NCBI GenBank assembly: GCA_902781655.1
Contig: CACZJZ010000018.1
Coordinates: 7,119-71,118 of the forward strand
DNA: 64,000 nucleotides
DNA from: an uncultured Lachnospiraceae bacterium
GTDB lineage: Bacteria; Bacillota; Clostridia; Lachnospirales; Lachnospiraceae
Direction: 5' to 3'
The position numbers and the translations under genes were made by a program. The notes beneath the pieces are model-generated. The model did no database searches and was not told the DNA's origin. It saw only the letters and a list, made by a program, of their open reading frames with translations. Below, piece after piece: positions 58,395 through 64,000 of this stretch. Positions within the stretch are counted from its first letter, which is position 1; every line of letters begins with the position of its first letter.

Positions 58395-59738
58395 ATGATC
58401 CGGAAGCTCCGCAGAAAGTTTGTGCTGACAGCGATGGGAGCGCTGCTGATTATTCTGGTGCTTCTGCTGGGATTCATCAATGCGGGCAATTTTATCCAGG
58501 TGGAGCGCCGGGCGGAGGCAATGCTGACAATTCTGCTGGATCACGACGGTACATTTCGGCAGGAGAGGCCGGCAGAACAGGCGGTGAATGATGGCAATGT
58601 CGACCGCCAGACCGGGAACGCTCCGGGAACAGAGGAGCGGAGAGATCCCATCGGAGCGCCCGGCAATTTTGAATGGAATCATCAGGTGGAGGCGCCGTTT
58701 GAGACACGCTATTTCTCTGTGGTGATTGCGGCCGACGGGACGGCGGCGGAGACGAACGTCGAGCATATCGCGGCTGTCACGAGTGCACAGGCGGATTGCT
58801 ATGCGGCAGAAGCAGTTTCCGGCGAGCGGACGAGGGGGCATCTCGGGCCGTATTTATACGGGACGAAAACGCTGGAGAACGGGTCGGCACTGGTGGTTTT
58901 CGTGGACCGGTCATCCGGTCTCGCGGCGGCCGCAGATCTGATGCGCAGTACCCTGCTGATCGGCGCGGCGGCGCTTGTTTTGATGTTTCTTCTGGTCTGG
59001 CTGCTGTCCGGCATGGCGGTCCGACCGGTGGTGGAATCGCTGGAGAAGCAGAAGCAGTTTATCTCGGATGCAGGACATGAGCTGAAGACGCCGCTTTCCA
59101 TCATCTCCGCCAATGTCGATGTGCTGGAGATGGATGGGGAAAAGAATGACTGGACGATATCGATCCGCCATCAGGTCCGACGCATGACTGATTTGGTCAA
59201 CAATATGCTGACGCTCTCCCGGATGGAAGAGGATCTGGTGCGGCAGACATTCACGGAGGTCAACCTGTCGCAACTGGTCAGAGAGAGCGCGGAGCCGTAC
59301 ATTGCGACGGCCAGAGCCGGAAACCGCAGCTATCATGTCGATATCCGGGAGGGAATCTGGATGAACGGGGACCGGCGATCCCTGATGGAGCTGTGCGGAC
59401 TGCTTCTGGATAACGCGATGAAATACTCTGATAAGGGCGGCAGCGTGCATCTTTCTCTGACGGCGGAGCGCCGCCGCATTCTGCTCGAGGTCGCCAATAC
59501 CTGCGATGCGATACCGGAAGGAAATCTGGACCGATTGTTCGAACGGTTTTACCGCGCGGATGCCTCGCGGAGCCGGGCAGGGGGAGGATTCGGCATCGGA
59601 CTTTCCGCGGCGAAGGCAATCTGTGAATGCCATCACGGTTCGATCCGCGCTGTTCGGGACGGGGATCACATCATCCGGTTCCAGGCATCTCTGCCGGAGG
59701 GAAAAGAGCCGGGCAGCAGGAAGGCGGGAAATCAGTGA
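58395..59738 (+). CDS. Sensor histidine kinase
   Basis: Two TM segments, DAGHELKTP H-box, LLDNAMKY, GFGIGLS. Confidence 0.93.
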   Translation: MIRKLRRKFVLTAMGALLIILVLLLGFINAGNFIQVERRAEAMLTILLDHDGTFRQERPAEQAVNDGNVDRQTGNAPGTEERRDPIGAPGNFEWNHQVEAPFETRYFSVVIAADGTAAETNVEHIAAVTSAQADCYAAEAVSGERTRGHLGPYLYGTKTLENGSALVVFVDRSSGLAAAADLMRSTLLIGAAALVLMFLLVWLLSGMAVRPVVESLEKQKQFISDAGHELKTPLSIISANVDVLEMDGEKNDWTISIRHQVRRMTDLVNNMLTLSRMEEDLVRQTFTEVNLSQLVRESAEPYIATARAGNRSYHVDIREGIWMNGDRRSLMELCGLLLDNAMKYSDKGGSVHLSLTAERRRILLEVANTCDAIPEGNLDRLFERFYRADASRSRAGGGFGIGLSAAKAICECHHGSIRAVRDGDHIIRFQASLPEGKEPGSRKAGNQ

Positions 59739-59752
59739 GAAAGGCGGCGGCT

Positions 59753-61180
59753 ATGGGCCGGGATGATGTGGAATACCGGGTTATTTTTCATGTAGATGTC
59801 AACTCTGCCTTTTTATCCTGGTCCGCGCTGAAACGGCTCCGGGTGGATCCGGATTCTGTGGATCTGCGCACGATCCCCTCCGCGATCGGCGGGGATGTGA
59901 GCAGGCGCCACGGCGTGATCACAGCAAGATCCATTCCAGCGAAAAAGTATGGCGTTACCACCGGAGAGCCTGTGGTGAGCGCTGTGCGGAAATGTCCGAA
60001 TCTGGTGCTGGAACAGCCGGATTTTGCAGTATATCGGGAGTACTCCCGCCGGTTCCTTCAGATTCTGCGGACCTATTCGGACCGAGTGGAGCAGGTCTCC
60101 ATCGATGAGGCGTTCCTCGATATGACGGAACGGTTCCGTGAGGAGAAGCTTGTCCGGGATCATTCTCCGGAGAGCGGATTTCTCACGAAAGGGTCGGATC
60201 TGCTGCAGCTCCGAAGAAAGAACGGGAAGACGCAGGAGAATGTGGAAACCAGGCCTGGTGGTGTCAGAGATGGCGCCCTGTGCGCAGAAGCACATGTGCC
60301 GGGCGGGAATCCGGCAGCGATGGCTGTGCGGCTGGCAAATGAGATCTTTGACACCCTCGGGTTTACGGTGAATGTCGGAATTTCCGGAAACAAGCTGCTC
60401 GCAAAGATGGCCAGTGATTTCAAAAAGCCCGGGAGGGTGCACACGCTGTGGCCGGAGGAGATCGCGGACAAAATGTGGCCGCTCGCCATCGGAGAGCTTT
60501 ACGGCTGCGGGCGGAAGACCGCGGACAAGCTCCGGTCCATCGGAATCCGGACCATCGGGGAGGCGGCTGCAGCAGACCCGGAGATGCTCTGCTCCTACCT
60601 GGGGGAACGGGCCGGACTGGGCATAGCCGCCAGTGCAAACGGCATCTCGAACGACGAAGTGAACGCAGAGGAGGAAGACGCCAAGAGCTATTCCAATGAA
60701 ACAACCACCAGCGCTGACATCACCGCCACGAATTTTGACCGGGATGCGATGCCGGTAGTCAGGGAATTGTCGCAGAGTGTGGCACGGCGGCTCAGCCGGG
60801 ACGGCATGTTTGCGGGAACGATTGAGGTCAGTGTCAAGAGCAGCGATTTTCACCGATATTCGAGGCAGACGAGGCTGGAGAGCTCGACAAACGATCCGCA
60901 GGTGATATTCGAGACGGCTGTCAGGCTCCTCCGAAAGCTGCTGTATGGAAACGGCGGGCTGTTCCACGAAGGCCGCGGTGTGCGGCTCATCGGAGTCGGC
61001 GGAACGAATCTGGATGACGGGAGCTGTCGGCAGATGGAACTTTTTACATATTTAAGCCAGAAGGTTCAGGAGGAGCGTCAGGAGAACCGGCAGGAGGAAC
61101 GACAGAGAAAGCTGGAAGCTATGATGCAGAGCATTCGCGCAAAATACGGAGAGAATGCGGTGCACCGCGGAAGGCAGTGA
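59753..61180 (+). CDS. dinB: DNA polymerase IV (Y-family)
   Basis: FHVDVNSAF, SIDEAFLD, NKLLAKMASD. Confidence 0.92.
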   Translation: MGRDDVEYRVIFHVDVNSAFLSWSALKRLRVDPDSVDLRTIPSAIGGDVSRRHGVITARSIPAKKYGVTTGEPVVSAVRKCPNLVLEQPDFAVYREYSRRFLQILRTYSDRVEQVSIDEAFLDMTERFREEKLVRDHSPESGFLTKGSDLLQLRRKNGKTQENVETRPGGVRDGALCAEAHVPGGNPAAMAVRLANEIFDTLGFTVNVGISGNKLLAKMASDFKKPGRVHTLWPEEIADKMWPLAIGELYGCGRKTADKLRSIGIRTIGEAAAADPEMLCSYLGERAGLGIAASANGISNDEVNAEEEDAKSYSNETTTSADITATNFDRDAMPVVRELSQSVARRLSRDGMFAGTIEVSVKSSDFHRYSRQTRLESSTNDPQVIFETAVRLLRKLLYGNGGLFHEGRGVRLIGVGGTNLDDGSCRQMELFTYLSQKVQEERQENRQEERQRKLEAMMQSIRAKYGENAVHRGRQ

Positions 61181-61386
61181 TGTTCGGGAGAAGACCCGCT
61201 GCGGGCGGATAAACGGGGTTTGAGCGGGCAAATAGCAGAAAGCGCTTGCTTTTTTCGGAGTCAGGTGGGTATAGTAAGTTGATTTTGTGCGGCCAGCGGA
61301 GAATTTCTTTGGTGGTCGCTTTGCAATGAAAGCGTTTTGGGGCACTCTGCCTGGATGCAGAAAAGAATTGAAAGGCAAGTTGTTTT

Positions 61387-63456
61387 ATGAGTAATACGCC
61401 GAAGGATGATGCAGAGCGTTTTGCGAGGCCGGAGAAGCCGGAGAGACCGGAAGAGGGGTATCTGGACGAGACGGTCACGATGGAACTCACGGACGTTGCG
61501 CAGGAGATCAGCAGGCAGGAGCAGAATGCTCCGGAGAAGAGAGAGACGGAGACCGGCAAAGAGAAGGAGGCCGCAGCAGACGCCGGCGGAGAAGATGAAT
61601 CCGGGACGGCGGACGGTGACGAAAAAGGTGAAAAAGGGCTGGCTGACGGCGGCGAAAAAGGTGACAAAAGGCTGGGCGACGGCGATGCGGAGAAGGCACT
61701 TGACGAGCTGGTGCTCCCGGAGGCGCTGGCATCGGGCAAAGAGAAGAGAAGAGGATTTTTCCGTCGCCATACGGTGCTGACAGTTCTGCTGATTGTATTC
61801 GTGGTGTTCGATTCCGTCGCCGGAGCGGGATACGGCTATTTTCATTCGAAGTACCGCCTGATGCAGATCAGTAATGGCGAGGTCGATCAGCCGACAGAGA
61901 TGACGGCGGAGGAAGAGAAGGACAACGCCATTCAGAACGAGGCACTCAAGGAACAGACCGCAGACATTGCGGAGGCGAAGACGATTCAGGCGGAGGGCGA
62001 TATTTTCTCCGACAGCGACGTGTATAACATTCTTCTCATCGGCAGCGATGACCGCACGCAGAAGTTCAATGAGAATGCGAGAGGAGATACCTGTATTCTG
62101 CTCTCTATCAATAAGGAGAGAAAACAGGTTCACCTGGTGAGTTTTGAGCGGGCGAGCGGTATGCCGATCCTCGATGGGGAGTATGAGGGACAGTACGACT
62201 GGCTGACGCATACGTTCCGCTACGGCGGCGCCTCCCTGATGACGCGCGAGATTCGCGAGTGCTTCAAGCTCGACGTGACAAAATATATCCGGGTCAATAT
62301 CTGGACGTTTATCAAGCTGGTGGATGCCGTCGGCGGCGTGGATATCGACATGACCGAGGCGGAAGCGGACAACATCAACCATCCGGAGGGAACCTACACT
62401 GAGGGGTACATCAAGGGCATGCACGTGCAGAAGGAGGTACAGCAGGATCTCCATGTGGGAGTGAACCATCTGAACGGCGCAACGGCGATGTGCTATGCCC
62501 GCCTCCGTTCGATCGACTCCGACTGGTTTCGTGTCCAGCGGCAGCGCAAGGTCATTCTCGCGGCCGTGGAACAGATGAAGAAGCTGAGCGTCACAGAACT
62601 CGACAATCTTCTGAACCAGGTGCTCCCGATGGTGCAGACGAACCTGACGGAGTCTGACTGCGCGGAGCTGATTACCCTGGTACCTGAATATCTGAATGCG
62701 GAATTTGACGATTTCACGATGCCGTTCAAGAATACCTACGGCATGATGACCGGCATGGAGGGACGGCGCATGTTCGCCGTGGATTTTGACACCTGTGCCA
62801 AAATTCTCCATTCTGTGCTGTACAACGGAGCCGATGCGGAGAGGCTGCAGACCTACTACGAGAATCTGTCGCAGCCCACGTACTACACGAGCGCCAGTTA
62901 CAAGGCGGCGAACGGTACCGCGGGAAACAGTCAGGCGGGAAAGAGCACGCCATCGGGAACGGGCACTGCGCAGCATACCGCTGGAGGTACCGGCTCCGGG
63001 ACGACCGCAGGGACTTCCTCCGGGACGGACGCGGCAGCTTCTCAGGGACAGCAGCCTGCGGCTGCCGGCACGGCTGGCGGTCAGGGCGGCATCCCGGCGG
63101 AGACGAGGGTGGATCCGAATACCGGATATCTGTATGATCCGAACACGGGCATTGTGTATGATCCGAACAGCGGCGCGGCCATCGGTACAGTGCCGGACAC
63201 CTCGGTGCTGAATCAGAATGCCGCGCAGAGTCAGGGCGCAGGCGCTGCGGCTCAGACCGGGACAGCCGGTGCGGATGCAGGTGCCGGCGCGGCCACGGGA
63301 ACCGGAGCGGATGGAACGGCCGGCACGGCGGCAGGAACGGTTGGAAATGCCGCAGGAGCTGCCGGGTCAGCGGGCGCGGTAGCAGGAAGCGGAACGGCGG
63401 CAGCAGGAAACGGAACGGCGGCAGCGGGCGCGGCTGCTGTTCCGGCAGCGCAGTGA
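61387..63456 (+). CDS. LCP (LytR-CpsA-Psr) family protein with long low-complexity termini
   Basis: Single TM segment, ILLIGSD, RGDT, YARLRSIDSDWFRVQRQR; Ala/Gly/Thr-rich tail. Confidence 0.88.
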   Translation: MSNTPKDDAERFARPEKPERPEEGYLDETVTMELTDVAQEISRQEQNAPEKRETETGKEKEAAADAGGEDESGTADGDEKGEKGLADGGEKGDKRLGDGDAEKALDELVLPEALASGKEKRRGFFRRHTVLTVLLIVFVVFDSVAGAGYGYFHSKYRLMQISNGEVDQPTEMTAEEEKDNAIQNEALKEQTADIAEAKTIQAEGDIFSDSDVYNILLIGSDDRTQKFNENARGDTCILLSINKERKQVHLVSFERASGMPILDGEYEGQYDWLTHTFRYGGASLMTREIRECFKLDVTKYIRVNIWTFIKLVDAVGGVDIDMTEAEADNINHPEGTYTEGYIKGMHVQKEVQQDLHVGVNHLNGATAMCYARLRSIDSDWFRVQRQRKVILAAVEQMKKLSVTELDNLLNQVLPMVQTNLTESDCAELITLVPEYLNAEFDDFTMPFKNTYGMMTGMEGRRMFAVDFDTCAKILHSVLYNGADAERLQTYYENLSQPTYYTSASYKAANGTAGNSQAGKSTPSGTGTAQHTAGGTGSGTTAGTSSGTDAAASQGQQPAAAGTAGGQGGIPAETRVDPNTGYLYDPNTGIVYDPNSGAAIGTVPDTSVLNQNAAQSQGAGAAAQTGTAGADAGAGAATGTGADGTAGTAAGTVGNAAGAAGSAGAVAGSGTAAAGNGTAAAGAAAVPAAQ

Positions 63457-63495
63457 ATCGAAGCAGGGCGGCAATACGCGGTACGGTTTATTTCA

Positions 63496-64000
63496 ATGAG
63501 CGAACATCATACACCGACAATCAAAATACTGGTGGGAACGCACAAGGCGTACCGTATGCCATCGGATCCGATGTATCTGCCGATCCGGCTCGGGGCGGCG
63601 CTGCACAGGGATTCGGATCTGGTGCTGCGTGGATACCAGAGAGACGACACCGGGGACAATATCTCCGCAAAAAATCCGCTTTACTGCGAGCTCACGGGGC
63701 TTTACTGGGCGTGGAAGAACCTGGATGCCGATTATATCGGCCTTGTCCACTATCGCCGGCATTTCGGCTCCCGGCGCCGGGAAAGGCGCTGTGCAGGGGA
63801 TCCATTTGACCGTGTGATTCTGTCGGATGAGATTCTGCCTCTCCTGCCGAAGACAAAGGTCTTCGTGCCGGCAAGGCGGCACTATGTGATCGAAACGCTG
63901 ATGTCGCATTACGAACATACGCACTACGGCATCCATCTGATAGAGACACGGCGGATCCTCGCGTCTCTCTGTCCGGAATATCTTCCGACGTTTGACAGGG
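63496..64000 (+). CDS. DUF4422-type glycosyltransferase-like protein, 3'-truncated by window edge
   Basis: Frame read by hand: KILVGTHKAY...DDTGDNISAKNPLYCELTGLYWAWKNLDADYIGLVHYRRHF. Confidence 0.85.
   Translation, partial: MSEHHTPTIKILVGTHKAYRMPSDPMYLPIRLGAALHRDSDLVLRGYQRDDTGDNISAKNPLYCELTGLYWAWKNLDADYIGLVHYRRHFGSRRRERRCAGDPFDRVILSDEILPLLPKTKVFVPARRHYVIETLMSHYEHTHYGIHLIETRRILASLCPEYLPTFDR

Overview
GC-rich Clostridia (probably Lachnospiraceae-like) chromosomal DNA. Housekeeping and metabolic content: the butyryl-CoA operon (thl-crt-hbd-bcd-etfB-etfA, with etfA broken by a short deletion), a GH2 beta-galactosidase, an oppABCDF peptide transporter followed by a C26/NlpC-P60 fusion peptidase, cellobiose phosphorylase with a divergent LacI regulator, an LRR/MoxR/vWA triad, eight tRNAs, truA, gltX, rplM-rpsI, a VTC/DUF4956/two-component module, dinB and an LCP protein. 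There are two AT-rich insertions. The small one (about 1.8 kb) sits between att-like repeats at the rpsI 3' end. The main candidate is a 6.2 kb island behind tRNA-Lys (about 36515-42770) with no integrase, cas or virion genes. It holds three alleles of the same region of a phage large polyvalent protein, each with a different effector-like domain. Two of the three cassettes begin with an identical 32-nt hairpin unit that has the architecture of a type I-C CRISPR repeat and is fused exactly to phage coding sequence. All domain calls come from motif recognition by eye, not from database searches.
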